Assembly (NCBI GenBank): GCA_030390025.1
Contig: JASTWF010000033.1
Coordinates: forward strand, 870,001-934,000
Direction of reading: 5' to 3'
Source: Squalus acanthias
Lineage: Eukaryota
Length of the DNA stretch: 64,000 nucleotides
Made by a program: the position numbers and the translations under genes. Position 1 is the stretch's first letter. The number at the start of each line of letters is the position of its first letter. Positions 15,001 through 30,000 of the stretch are shown one piece after another. Under the pieces are notes generated by a model. That model did not search any database, was not told where the DNA came from, and saw only the letters and a list, made by a program, of their open reading frames with translations.

Positions 15001-18000
15001 GAATGGGAGTGAGATTTACAGAGTGAGGGAATGGGAGTGAGATTTACAGAGTGAGGGAATGGGAGTGAGATTTACAGAGTGAGGGAATGGGAGTGAGATT
15101 TACAGAGTGAGGGAATGGGAGTGAGATTTACAGAGTGAGGGAATGGGAGTGAGATTTACAGAGTGAGGGAATGGGAGTGAGATTTACAGAGTGAGGGAAT
15201 GGGAGTGAGATTTACAGAGTGAGGGAATGGGAGTGAGATTTACAGAGTGAGGGAATGGGAGTGAGATTTACAGAGTGAGGGAATGGGAGTGAGATTTACA
15301 GAGTGAGGGAATGGGAGTGAGATTTACAGAGTGAGGGAATGGGAGTGAGATTTACAGAGTGAGGGAATGGGAGTGAGATTTACAGAGTGAGGGAATGGGA
15401 GTGAGATTTACAGAGTGAGGGAATGGGAGTGAGATTTACAGAGTGAGGGAATGGGAGTGAGATTTACAGAGTGAGGGAATGGGAGTGAGATTTACAGAGT
15501 GAGGGAATGGGAGTGAGATTTACAGAGTGAGGGAATGGGAGTGAGATTTACAGAGTGAGGGAATGGGAGTGAGATTTACAGAGTGAGGGAATGGGAGTGA
15601 GATTTACAGAGTGAGGGAATGGGAGTGAGATTTACAGAGTGAGGGAATGGGAGTGAGATTTACAGAGTGAGGGAATGGGAGTGAGATTTACAGAGTGAGG
15701 GAATGGGAGTGAGATTTACAGAGTGAGGGAATGGGAGTGAGATTTACAGAGTGAGGGAATGGGAGTGAGATTTACAGAGTGAGGGAATGGGAGTGAGATT
15801 TACAGAGTGAGGGAATGGGAGTGAGATTTACAGAGTGAGGGAATGGGAGTGAGATTTACAGAGTGAGGGAATGGGAGTGAGATTTACAGAGTGAGGGAAT
15901 GGGAGTGAGATTTACAGAGTGAGGGAATGGGAGTGAGATTTACAGAGTGAGGGAATGGGAGTGAGATTTACAGAGTGAGGGAATGGGAGTGAGATTTACA
16001 GAGTGAGGGAATGGGAGTGAGATTTACAGAGTGAGGGAATGGGAGTGAGATTTACAGAGTGAGGGAATGGGAGTGAGATTTACAGAGTGAGGGAATGGGA
16101 GTGAGATTTACAGAGTGAGGGAATGGGAGTGAGATTTACAGAGTGAGGGAATGGGAGTGAGATTTACAGAGTGAGGGAATGGGAGTGAGATTTACAGAGT
16201 GAGGGAATGGGAGTGAGATTTACAGAGTGAGGGAATGGGAGTGAGATTTACAGAGTGAGGGAATGGGAGTGAGATTTACAGAGTGAGGGAATGGGAGTGA
16301 GATTTACAGAGTGAGGGAATGGGAGTGAGATTTACAGAGTGAGGGAATGGGAGTGAGATTTACAGAGTGAGGGAATGGGAGTGAGATTTACAGAGTGAGG
16401 GAATGGGAGTGAGATTTACAGAGTGAGGGAATGGGAGTGAGATTTACAGAGTGAGGGAATGGGAGTGAGATTTACAGAGTGAGGGAATGGGAGTGAGATT
16501 TACAGAGTGAGGGAATGGGAGTGAGATTTACAGAGTGAGGGAATGGGAGTGAGATTTACAGAGTGAGGGAATGGGAGTGAGATTTACAGAGTGAGGGAAT
16601 GGGAGTGAGATTTACAGAGTGAGGGAATGGGAGTGAGATTTACAGAGTGAGGGAATGGGAGTGAGATTTACAGAGTGAGGGAATGGGAGTGAGATTTACA
16701 GAGTGAGGGAATGGGAGTGAGATTTACAGAGTGAGGGAATGGGAGTGAGATTTACAGAGTGAGGGAATGGGAGTGAGATTTACAGAGTGAGGGAATGGGA
16801 GTGAGATTTACAGAGTGAGGGAATGGGAGTGAGATTTACAGAGTGAGGGAATGGGAGTGAGATTTACAGAGTGAGGGAATGGGAGTGAGATTTACAGAGT
16901 GAGGGAATGGGAGTGAGATTTACAGAGTGAGGGAATGGGAGTGAGATTTACAGAGTGAGGGAATGGGAGTGAGATTTACAGAGTGAGGGAATGGGAGTGA
17001 GATTTACAGAGTGAGGGAATGGGAGTGAGATTTACAGAGTGAGGGAATGGGAGTGAGATTTACAGAGTGAGGGAATGGGAGTGAGATTTACAGAGTGAGG
17101 GAATGGGAGTGAGATTTACAGAGTGAGGGAATGGGAGTGAGATTTACAGAGTGAGGGAATGGGAGTGAGATTTACAGAGTGAGGGAATGGGAGTGAGATT
17201 TACAGAGTGAGGGAATGGGAGTGAGATTTACAGAGTGAGGGAATGGGAGTGAGATTTACAGAGTGAGGGAATGGGAGTGAGATTTACAGAGTGAGGGAAT
17301 GGGAGTGAGATTTACAGAGTGAGGGAATGGGAGTGAGATTTACAGAGTGAGGGAATGGGAGTGAGATTTACAGAGTGAGGGAATGGGAGTGAGATTTACA
17401 GAGTGAGGGAATGGGAGTGAGATTTACAGAGTGAGGGAATGGGAGTGAGATTTACAGAGTGAGGGAATGGGAGTGAGATTTACAGAGTGAGGGAATGGGA
17501 GTGAGATTTACAGAGTGAGGGAATGGGAGTGAGATTTACAGAGTGAGGGAATGGGAGTGAGATTTACAGAGTGAGGGAATGGGAGTGAGATTTACAGAGT
17601 GAGGGAATGGGAGTGAGATTTACAGAGTGAGGGAATGGGAGTGAGATTTACAGAGTGAGGGAATGGGAGTGAGATTTACAGAGTGAGGGAATGGGAGTGA
17701 GATTTACAGAGTGAGGGAATGGGAGTGAGATTTACAGAGTGAGGGAATGGGAGTGAGATTTACAGAGTGAGGGAATGGGAGTGAGATTTACAGAGTGAGG
17801 GAATGGGAGTGAGATTTACAGAGTGAGGGAATGGGAGTGAGATTTACAGAGTGAGGGAATGGGAGTGAGATTTACAGAGTGAGGGAATGGGAGTGAGATT
17901 TACAGAGTGAGGGAATGGGAGTGAGATTTACAGAGTGAGGGAATGGGAGTGAGATTTACAGAGTGAGGGAATGGGAGTGAGATTTACAGAGTGAGGGAAT

Positions 18001-21000
18001 GGGAGTGAGATTTACAGAGTGAGGGAATGGGAGTGAGATTTACAGAGTGAGGGAATGGGAGTGAGATTTACAGAGTGAGGGAATGGGAGTGAGATTTACA
18101 GAGTGAGGGAATGGGAGTGAGATTTACAGAGTGAGGGAATGGGAGTGAGATTTACAGAGTGAGGGAATGGGAGTGAGATTTACAGAGTGAGGGAATGGGA
18201 GTGAGATTTACAGAGTGAGGGAATGGGAGTGAGATTTACAGAGTGAGGGAATGGGAGTGAGATTTACAGAGTGAGGGAATGGGAGTGAGATTTACAGAGT
18301 GAGGGAATGGGAGTGAGATTTACAGAGTGAGGGAATGGGAGTGAGATTTACAGAGTGAGGGAATGGGAGTGAGATTTACAGAGTGAGGGAATGGGAGTGA
18401 GATTTACAGAGTGAGGGAATGGGAGTGAGATTTACAGAGTGAGGGAATGGGAGTGAGATTTACAGAGTGAGGGAATGGGAGTGAGATTTACAGAGTGAGG
18501 GAATGGGAGTGAGATTTACAGAGTGAGGGAATGGGAGTGAGATTACAGAGTGAGGGAATGGGAGTGAGATTTACAGAGTGAGGGAATGGGAGTGAGATTT
18601 ACAGAGTGAGGGAATGGGAGTGAGATTTACAGAGTGAGGGAATGGGAGTGAGATTTACAGAGTGAGGGAATGGGAGTGAGATTTACAGAGTGAGGGAATG
18701 GGAGTGAGATTTACAGAGTGAGGGAATGGGAGTGAGATTTACAGAGTGAGGGAATGGGAGTGAGATTTACAGAGTGAGGGAATGGGAGTGAGATTTACTG
18801 AGTGAGGGAATGGGAGTGAGATTTACAGAGTGAGGGAATGGGAGTGAGATTTACAGAGTGAGGGAATGGGAGTGAGATTTACAGAGTGAGGGAATGGGAG
18901 TGAGATTTACAGAGTGAGGGAATGGGAGTGAGATTTACAGAGTGAGGGAATGGGAGTGAGATTTACAGAGTGAGGGAATGGGAGTGAGTTTTACAGAGTG
19001 AGGGAATGGGAGTGAGATTTAAAGAGTGAGGGAATGGGATGTGAGGTTTACAGAGTGAGGGAATGGGAGTGAGATTTACAGAGTGAGGGAAGTGGGTGTG
19101 AGATTTACAGAGTGAGGGAATGGGAGTGAGTTTTCAGAGTGAGGGAATGGGAGTGAGATTAACAGAGTGAGGAATGGGAGTGAGATTTACAGGTGAGGGA
19201 ATGGGAGTGAGATTTACAGAGTGAGGGAATGGGAGTGAGATTTACAGAGGAGGGATGGGAGTGAGATTTACAGAGTGAGGGAATGGGAGTGAGATTTACA
19301 GATTGAGGGAATGGGAGTGAGATTTACAGAGTGAGGGAATGGGAGTGAGATTTACAGATTGAGGGAATGGGAGTGAGATTTACAGAGTGAGGGATTGGAG
19401 TGAGATTTACAGAGTGAGGGAAGGGAGTGAGATTTACAGAGTGAGTGGAGTGGGAGTGAGATTTACAGAGTGTAGGGAATGGGAGTGACATTTACAGAGT
19501 GAGGGAATGGGAGTGAGGATTACAGAGTGAGGGAATGGGAGTGAGATTTACAGAAGTGAGGGAATGGGAGTGAGATTTAGAGAGTGAGGGAGTGGGAGTG
19601 AGATTTACAGAGTGAGGAATGGGAGTGAGTTTTACAGAGTGAGGGAATGGGAGTGAGATTTACAGAGTGAGGGAATGGGAGTGAGATTTACAGAGTGAGG
19701 GAATCGGAGTGAGATTTACAGAGTGAGGGAATGGGAGTGAGATTTACAGAGTGAGGGAATGGGAGTGAGATTTATAGGAGTGAGGGAATGGGAGTGAGAT
19801 TTACAGAGTGAGGGAATGGGAGTGAGATTACAGAGTGAGGGAATGGGAGTGAGATTTAATAGAGTGAGGGAATGGGAGTGAGATTTACAGAGTGAGGGAA
19901 TGGGAGTGAGATTTACAGAGTGAGGGAATGGGAGTGAGATTTACAGAGTGAGGGAATGGGAGTGAGGTTTACAGAGTGAGGGAATGGGAGTGAGATTTAC
20001 AGAGTGAGGGAATGGGAGTGAGATTTACAGAGTAAGGGAATGGGAGTGAGGTTTACAGAGTGAGGGAATGGGAGTGAGATTTACAGAGTGAGGGAATGGG
20101 AGTGAGATTTACAGAGTGAGGGAATGGGAGTGAGATTTACAGAGTGAGGGAATGGGAGTGAGATTTACAGAGTGAGGGAATGGGAGTGAGATTAACAGAG
20201 TGAGGGAATGGGAGTGAGATTTACAGAGTGAGGGAATGGGAGTGAGATTAACAGAGTGAGGGAATGGGAGTGAGATTTACAGAGTGAGGGAATGGGAGTG
20301 AGATTTACCGAGTGAGGGAATGGGAGTAAGATTTACAGAGTGAGGGAATGGAAGTGAGATTTACAGAGTGAGGGAATGGGAGTGAGATTTACAGAGTGAG
20401 GGAATGGGAGTGAGATTTACAGAGTGAGGGAATGGGAGTGAGGTTTACAGAGTGAGGGAATGGGAGTGAGATTTACAGAGTGAGGGAATGGGAGTGAGAT
20501 TTACAGAGTGAGGGAATGGGAGTGAGATTTACAGAGTGAGGGAATGGGAGTGAGATTTACAGAGTGAGGGAATGGGAGTGAGATTTACAGAGTGAGGGAT
20601 TGGGAGTGAGATTTACAGAGTGAGGGAATGGGAGTGAGATTTACAGAGTGAGGGAATGGGAGTGAGATTACAGAGTGAGGGAATGGGAGTGAGATTTACA
20701 GAGTGAGGGAATGGGAGTGAGATTTACAGAGTGAGGGAATGGGAGTGAGATTTACAGAGTGAGGAATGGGAGTGAGATTTACAGAGTGAGGGAGTGGAGT
20801 GAGATTTACAGAGTGAGGGAATGGGAGTGAGATTACAGATTGAGGGAATGGGAGTGAGATTACCGAGTGAGGGAATGGGAGTGAGATTTACAGAGTGAGG
20901 GAATGGGAGTGAGATTTACAGAGTGAGGGAATGGGAGTGAGATTTACAGAGTGAGGGGAATGGGAGTGAGATTTACAGAGTGAGGGAATGGAGTGAGTTT

Positions 21001-24000
21001 ACAGAGTGAGGGAATGGGAGTGAGATTTACAGAGTGAGGGAATGGGAGTGAGATTTACAGAGTGAGGGAATGGGAGTGAGATTTACAGAGTGAGGGAATG
21101 GGAGTGAGATTTACAGAGTGAGGGAATGGGAGTGAGATTTACAGAGTGAGGGAATGGGAGTGAGATTACAGAGTGAGGGAATGGGAGTGAGATTTACAGA
21201 GTGAGGGAATGGGAGTGAGATTTACAGAGTGAGGGAATGGGAGTGAGATTTACAGAGTGAGGGAATGGGAGTGAGATTTAGCAGATTGAGGGAATGGGAG
21301 TGAGATTTACAGAGTGAGGGAATGGGAGTGAGATTTACAGAGTGAGGGAATGGGAGTGAGATTTACAGAGTGAGGGAATGGGAGTGAGATTTACAGAGTG
21401 AGGGAATGGGAGTGAGATTTACAGAGTGAGGGAATGGGAGTGAGATTTACAGAGTGAGGGAATGGGAGTGAGGATTTACAGAGTGAGGGAATGGGAGTGA
21501 GATTTACAGAGTGAGGGAATGGGAGTGAGATTTACAGAGTGAGGAATGGGAGTGAGATTTACAGAGTGAGGGAATGGGAGTGAGATTAACTGAGTGAGGG
21601 AATGGGAGTGAGATTTACAGAGTGAGGGAATTGGGAGTGAGATTTAGAGAGTGAGGGAGTGGGAGTGAGATTTACAGAGTGAGGGGAATGGGAGTGAGAT
21701 TTACCGAGTGAGGGATTGGGAGTGAGATTTACAGAGTGAGGGATTGGGAGTGAGATTTACCGAGTGAGGGAATGGGAGTGAGATTTACAGAGTGAGGGAA
21801 TGGGAGTGAGATTTACAGAGTGAGGGAATGGGAGTGAGATTTACAGAGTGAGGAATGGGAGTGAGATTTATAGAGTGAGGGAATGGGAGTGAGATTTACA
21901 GAGTGAGGGAATGGGAGTGAGATTTACAGAGTGAGGGAATGGGAGTGATATTTATAGAGTGAGGGATCGGGAGTGAGATTTACAGAGTGAGGGAATGGGA
22001 GTGAGATTTACAGAGTGAGGGAATGGGAGTGAGATTACAGAGTGAGGGAATGGGAGTGAGATTTACAGAGTGAGGGAATGGGAGTGAGATTTACAGAGTG
22101 AGGGAATGGGAGTGAGATTTACAGAGTGAGGGAATGGGAGTGAGATTTACAGAGTGAGGGAATGGGAGTGAGAATTTACAGAGTGAGGGAATGGGGAGTG
22201 AGATTTACAGAGTGAGGGAATGGGAGTGAGATTTAGAGAGTGAGGGAATGGGAGTGAGATTTACAGAGTGAGGGAATGGGAGTGAGATTTACAGAGTGAG
22301 GGAATGGGAGTGAGATTAACAGAGTGAGGGAATGGGAGTGAGATTTACAGAGTGAGGGAGTGGGAGTGAGATTTACAGAGTGAGGGAATGGGAGTGAGAT
22401 TTACAGAGTGAGGGAATGGGAGTGAGATTTACAGAGTGAGGGAATGGGAGTGAGATTTACAGAGTGAGGGAATGGGAGTGAGATTTACAGAGTGAGGGAA
22501 TGGGAGTGAGATTTACAGAGTGAGGGAATGGGAGTGAGATTTATAGAGTGAGGGAATGGGAGTGAGATTTACAGAGTGAGGGAATGGGAGTGAGATTTAC
22601 AGAGTGAGGGAATGGGAGTGAGATTTACAGAGTGAGGGAATGGGAGTGAGATTACAGAGTGAGGGAATGGGAGTGAGATTTACAGAGTGAGGGAATGGGA
22701 GTGAGATTTACAGAGTGAGGGAATGGGAGTGAGATTTACAGAGTGAGGGAATGGGAGTGAGATTTACAGAGTGAGGGAATGGGAGTGAGGTTACAGAGTG
22801 AGGGAATGGGAGTGAGATTTACAGAGTGAGGGAATGGGAGTGAGATTTACAGAGTGAGGGAATGGGAGTGAGATTTACAGAGTGAGGGAATGGGAGTGAG
22901 ATTTACAGAGTGAGGGAATGGGAGTGAGATTTACAGATTGAGGGAATGGGAGTGAGATTTACAGAGTGAGGGAATGGGAGTGAGATTTACAGAGTGAGGG
23001 AATGGGAGTGAGATTTACAGAGTGAGGGAATGGGAGTGAGATTTACAGAGTGAGGGAGTGGGAGTGAGATTTACAGAGTGAGGGAGATGGAGTGAGATTT
23101 ACAGAGTGAGGGAATGGGAGTGAGATTTACAGAGTGAGGGAATGGGAGTGAGATTTACAGAGTGAGGGAATGGGAGTGAGATTTACAGAGTGAGGGAATG
23201 GGAGTGAGATTTACAGAGTGAGGGAATGGGAGTGAGATTTACAGAGTGAGGGAATGGGAGTGAGATTTACAGAGTGAGGGAATGGGAGTGAGATTTACAG
23301 AGTGAGGGAATGGGAGTGAGATTTACAGAGTGAGGGAATGGGAGTGAGATTTACAGAGTGAGGGAATGGGAGTGAGATTTACAGAGTGAGGGAATGGGAG
23401 TGAGATTTACAGAGTGAGGGAATGGGAGTGAGATTTACAGAGTGAGGGAATGGGAGTGAGTTTACAGAGTGAGGGAATGGGAGTGAGATTTACAGAGTGA
23501 GGGAATGGGAGTGAGATTTACAGAGTGAGGGAATGGGAGTGAGATTTACAGAGTGAGGGAATGGGAGTGAGATTTACAGAGTGAGGGAATGGGAGTGAGA
23601 TTTACAGAGTGAGGGAATGGGAGTGAGATTTACAGAGTGAGGGAATGGGAGTGAGAATTCGAGATTGAGGGAATGGGAGTGAGATTTACAGAGTGAGGGA
23701 ATGGGGAGTGAGATTTACAGAGTGAGGGAATGGGAGTGAGATTTACAGAGTGAGGGAATGGGAGTGAGATTTACAGAGTGAGGGAATGGGAGTGAGATTA
23801 CAGAGTGAGGGAATGGGAGTGAGATTTACAGAGTGAGGGAATGGGAGTGAGATTTAAAGAGTGAGGGATGGGAGTGAGATTTACAGAGTGAGGGAGTGGG
23901 AGTGAGATTACAGAGTGAGGGAGTGGGAGTGAGATTTACAGAGTGAGGGAATGGGAGTGAGATTTACAGAGTGAGGGAATGGGAGTGAGATTTACAGAGT

Positions 24001-27000
24001 GAGGGAATGGGAGTGAGATTTACAGAGTGAGGGAATGGGAGTGAGATTTACAGAGTGAGGGAATGGGAGTGAGATTTACAGAGTGAGGGAATGGGAGTGA
24101 GATTTACAGAGTGAGGGAATGGGAGTGAGATTTACAGAGTGAGGGAATGGGAGTGAGATTTACAGAGTGAGGGAATGGGAGTGAGATTTACAGAGTGAGG
24201 GAATGGGAGTGAGATTTACAGAGTGAGGGAATGGGAGTGAGATTTACAGAGTGAGGGAATGGGAGTGAGATTTACAGAGTGAGGGAATGGGAGTGAGATT
24301 TACAGAGTGAGGGAATGGGAGTGAGATTTACAGAGTGAGGGAATGGGAGTGAGATTTACAGAGTGAGGGAATGGAGTGAGATTTACAGAGTGAGGGAATG
24401 GGAGTGAGATTTACAGAGTGAGGGAATGGGAGTGAGATTTAGAGTTGAGGGAATGGGAGTGAGATTTACAGAGTGAGGGAATGGGAGTGAGATTTACAGA
24501 GTGAGGGAATGGGAGTGAGATTTACAGAGTGAGGGAATGGGAGTGAGATTTAGAGAGTGAGGGAATGGGAGTGAGATTTATAGAGTGAGGGAATGGGAGT
24601 GAGATTTACAGAGTGAGGGAATGGGAGTGAGATTTACAGAGTGAGGGAATGGGAGTGAGATTTACAGAGTGAGGGAATGGGAGTGAGATTTACAGAGTGA
24701 GGGATGGGAGTGAGATTTACAGAGTGAGGGATGGGAGTGAGATTTACAGAGTGAGGGAATGGGAGTGAGATTTACAGAGTGAGGGAATGGGAGTGAGATT
24801 TACAGAGTGAGGGAATGGGAGTGAGATTTACAGAGTGAGGGAATGGGAGTGAGATTTACAGAGTGAGGGAATGGGAGTGAGATTTACAGAGTGAGGGAAT
24901 GGGAGTGAGATTTACAGAGTGAGGGAATGGGAGTGAGATTTACAGAGTGAGGGAATGGGAGTGAGATTTACAGAGTGAGGGTGGAGAAGTGAGGAAAGAG
25001 TGAGAATGGGAGTAAGTGAGGGAATGGGAGTGAGATTTACAGAGTGAGGGAATGGGAGTGAGATTTACAGAGTGAGGGAATGGGAGTGAGATTTACAGAG
25101 TGAGGGAATGGGAGTGAGATTACAGAGTGAGGGAATGGGAGTGAGATTTACAGAGTGAGGGAATGGGAGTGAGATTTACAGAGTGAGGGAATGGGAGTGA
25201 GATTTACAGAGTGAGGGAATGGGAGTGAGATTTACAGAGTGAGGGAATGGGAGTGAGATTTACAGAGTGAGGGAATGGGAGTGAGATTTACAGAGTGAGG
25301 GAATGGGAGTGAGATTTACAGAGTGAGGGAATGGGAGTGAGATTTACAGAGTGAGGGAATGGGAGTGAGATTTACAGAGTGAGGGAATGGGAGTGAGATT
25401 TACAGAGTGAGGGAATGGGAGTGAGATTTACAGAGTGAGGGAATGGGAGTGAGATTTACAGAGTGAGGGAATGGGAGTGAGATTTACAGAGTGAGGGAAT
25501 GGGAGTGAGATTTACAGAGTGAGGGAATGGGAGTGAGATTTACAGAGTGAGGGAATGGGAGTGAGATTTACAGAGTGAGGGAATGGGAGTGAGATTTACA
25601 GAGTGAGGGAATGGGAGTGAGATTTACAGAGTGAGGGAATGGGAGTGAGATTTACAGAGTGAGGGAATGGGAGTGAGATTTACAGAGTGAGGGAATGGGA
25701 GTGAGATTTACAGAGTGAGGGAATGGGAGTGAGATTACAGAGTGAGGGAATGGGAGTGAGATTTACAGAGTGAGGGAATGGGAGTGAGATTTACAGAGTG
25801 AGGGAATGGGAGTGAGATTTACAGAGTGAGGGAATGGGAGTGAGATTTACAGAGTGAGGGAATGGGAGTGAGATTTACAGAGTGAGGGAATGGGAGTGAG
25901 ATTTACAGAGTGAGGGAATGGGAGTGAGATTTACAGAGTGAGGGAATGGGAGTGAGATTTACAGAGTGAGGGAATGGGAGTGAGATTTACAGAGTGAGGG
26001 AATGGGAGTGAGATTTACAGAGTGAGGGAATGGGAGTGAGATTTACAGAGTGAGGGAATGGGAGTGAGATTTACAGAGTGAGGGAATGGGAGTGAGATTT
26101 ACAGAGTGAGGGAATGGGAGTGAGATTTACAGAGTGAGGGAATGGGAGTGAGATTTACAGAGTGAGGGAATGGGAGTGAGATTTACAGAGTGAGGGAATG
26201 GGAGTGAGATTTACAGAGTGAGGGAATGGGAGTGAGATTTACAGAGTGAGGGATGGGAGTGAGATTTACAGAGTGAGGGAATGGGAGTGAGTTTTACAGA
26301 GTGAGGGAATGGGAGTGAGATTTACAGAGTGAGGGAATGGGAGTGAGATTTACAGAGTGAGGGAATGGGAGTGAGATTTACAGAGTGAGGGAATGGGAGT
26401 GAGATTTACAGAGTGAGGGAATGGGAGTGAGATTTACAGAGTGAGGGAATGGGAGTGAGTTTACAGAGTGAGGGAATGGGAGTGAGATTTACAGAGTGAG
26501 GGAGTGGGAGTGAGATTTACAGAGTGAGGGAATGGGAGTGAGATTTACAGAGTGAGGGAATGGGAGTGAGATTTACAGAGTGAGGGAATGGGAGTGAGAT
26601 TTACAGAGTGAGGGAATGGGAGTGAGATTTACAGAGTGAGGGAATGGGAGTGAGATTTACAGAGTGAGGGAATGGGAGTGAGATTACAGAGTGAGGGAAT
26701 GGGAGTGAGATTTACAGAGTGAGGGAATGGGAGTGAGATTTACAGAGTGAGGGAATGGGAGTGAGATTTACAGAGTGAGGGAATGGGAGTGAGATTTACA
26801 GAGTGAGGGAATGGGAGTGAGATTTACAGAGTGAGGGAATGGGAGTGAGATTTACAGAGTGAGGGAATGGGAGTGAGATTTACAGAGTGAGGGAATGGGA
26901 GTGAGATTTACAGAGTGAGGGAATGGGAGTGAGATTTACAGAGTGAGGGAATGGGAGTGAGATTTACAGAGTGAGGGAATGGGAGTGAGATTTACAGAGT

Positions 27001-30000
27001 GAGGGAATGGGAGTGAGATTTACAGAGTGAGGGAATGGGAGTGAGATTTACAGAGTGAGGGAATGGGAGTGAGATTTACAGAGTGAGGGAATGGGAGTGA
27101 GATTTACAGAGTGAGGGAATGGGAGTGAGATTTACAGAGTGAGGGAATGGGAGTGAGATTTACAGAGTGAGGGAATGGGAGTGAGATTTACAGAGTTAGG
27201 GAATGGGAGTGAGATTTACAGAGTGAGGGAATGGGAGTGAGGTTAACAGAGTGAGGGAATGGGAGTGAGATTTACAGAGTGAGGGAATGGGAGTGAGATT
27301 TACAGAGTGAGGGAATGGGAGTGAGATTTACAGAGTGAGGAATGGGAGTGAGATTTACAGAGTGAGGGAATGGGAGTGAGATTTACAGAGTGAGGGAATG
27401 GGAGTGAGATTTACAGAGTGAGGGAATGGGAGTGAGATTTACAGAGTGAGGGAATGGGAGTGAGATTTACAGAGTGAGGGAATGGGAGTGAGATTTACAG
27501 AGTGAGGGAATGGGAGTGAGATTTACAGAGTGAGGGAATGGGAGTGAGATTTACAGAGTGAGGGAATGGGAGTGAGATTTACAGAGTGAGGGAATGGGAG
27601 TGAGATTTACAGAGTGAGGGAATGGGAGTGAGATTTACAGAGTGAGGGAATGGGAGTGAGATTTACAGAGTGAGGGAATGGAGTGAGATTTACAGAGTGA
27701 GGGAATGGGAGTGAGATTTACAGAGTGAGGGAATGGGAGTGAGATTTACAGAGTGAGGGAATGGGAGTGAGATTTACAGAGTGAGGGAATGGGAGTGAGA
27801 TTTACAGAGTGAGGGAATGGGAGTGAGATTTACAGAGTGAGGGAATGGGAGTGAGATTTACAGAGTGAGGGAATGGGAGTGAGATTTACAGAGTGAGGGA
27901 ATGGGAGTGAGATTTACAGAGTGAGGGAATGGGAGTGAGATTACAGATTGAGGGAATGGGAGTGAGATTTACAGAGTGAGGGAATGGAGTGAGATTTACA
28001 GAGTGAGGGAATGGGAGTGAGATTTACAGAGTGAGGGAATGGGAGTGAGATTTACAGAGTGAGGGAATGGGAGTGAGATTTACAGAGTGAGGGAATGGGA
28101 GTGAGATTTACAGAGTGAGGGAATGGGAGTGAGATTTACAGAGTGAGGGAATGGGAGTGAGATTTACAGAGTGAGGGAATGGGAGTGAGATTACAGAGTG
28201 AGGGAATGGGAGTGAGATTTACAGAGTGAGGGAATGGGAGTGAGATTTACAGAGTGAGGGAATGGGAGTGAGATTTACAGAGTGAGGGAATGGGAGTGAG
28301 ATTTACAGAGTGAGGGAATGGGAGTGAGATTTACAGAGTGAGGGAATGGGAGTGAGATTTACAGAGTGAGGGAATGGGAGTGAGATTTACAGAGTGAGGG
28401 AATGGGAGTGAGATTTACAGAGTGAGGGAATGGGAGTGAGATTTACAGAGTGAGGGAATGGGAGTGAGATTTACAGAGTGAGGGAATGGGAGTGAGATTT
28501 ACAGAGTGAGGGAATGGGAGTGAGATTTACAGAGTGAGGGAATGGGAGTGAGATTTACAGAGTGAGGGAATGGGAGTGAGATTTACAGAGTGAGGGAATG
28601 GGAGTGAGATTTACAGAGTGAGGGAATGGGAGTGAGATTTACAGAGTGAGGGAATGGGAGTGAGATTTACAGAGTGAGGGAATGGGAGTGAGATTTACAG
28701 AGTGAGGGAATGGGAGTGAGATTTACAGAGTGAGGGAATGGGAGTGAGATTTACAGAGTGAGGGAATGGGAGTGAGATTACAGAGTGAGGGAATGGGAGT
28801 GAGATTTACAGAGTGAGGGAATGGGAGTGAGATTTACAGAGTGAGGGAATGGGAGTGAGATTTACAGAGTGAGGGAATGGGAGTGAGATTTACAGAGTGA
28901 GGGAATGGGAGTGAGATTTACAGAGTGAGGGAATGGGAGTGAGATTTACAGAGTGAGGGAATGGGAGTGAGATTTACAGAGTGAGGGAATGGGAGTGAGA
29001 TTTACAGAGTGAGGGAATGGGAGTGAGATTTACAGAGTGAGGGAATGGGAGTGAGATTTACAGAGTGAGGGAATGGGAGTGAGATTTACAGAGTGAGGGA
29101 ATGGGAGTGAGATTTACAGAGTGAGGGAATGGGAGTGAGATTTACAGAGTGAGGGAATGGGAGTGAGATTTACAGAGTGAGGGAATGGGAGTGAGATTTA
29201 CAGAGTGAGGGAATGGGAGTGAGATTTACAGAGTGAGGGAATGGGAGTGAGATTTACAGAGTGAGGGAATGGGAGTGAGATTTACAGAGTGAGGGAATGG
29301 GAGTGAGATTTACAGAGTGAGGGAATGGGAGTGAGATTTACAGAGTGAGGGAATGGGAGTGAGATTTACAGAGTGAGGGAATGGGAGTGAGATTTACAGA
29401 GTGAGGGAATGGGAGTGAGATTTACAGAGTGAGGGAATGGGAGTGAGATTTACAGAGTGAGGGAATGGGAGTGAGATTTACAGAGTGAGGGAATGGGAGT
29501 GAGATTTACAGAGTGAGGGAATGGGAGTGAGATTTACAGAGTGAGGGAATGGGAGTGAGATTTACAGAGTGAGGGAATGGGAGTGAGATTTACAGAGTGA
29601 GGGAATGGGAGTGAGATTTACAGAGTGAGGGAATGGGAGTGAGATTTACAGAGTGAGGGAATGGGAGTGAGATTTACAGAGTGAGGGAATGGGAGTGAGA
29701 TTTACAGAGTGAGGGAATGGGAGTGAGATTTACAGAGTGAGGGAATGGGAGTGAGATTTACAGAGTGAGGGAATGGGAGTGAGATTTACAGAGTGAGGGA
29801 ATGGGAGTGAGATTTACAGAGTGAGGGAATGGGAGTGAGATTTACAGAGTGAGGGAATGGGAGTGAGATTTACAGAGTGAGGGAATGGGAGTGAGATTTA
29901 CAGAGTGAGGGAATGGGAGTGAGATTTACAGAGTGAGGGAATGGGAGTGAGATTTACAGAGTGAGGGAATGGGAGTGAGATTTACAGAGTGAGGGAATGG

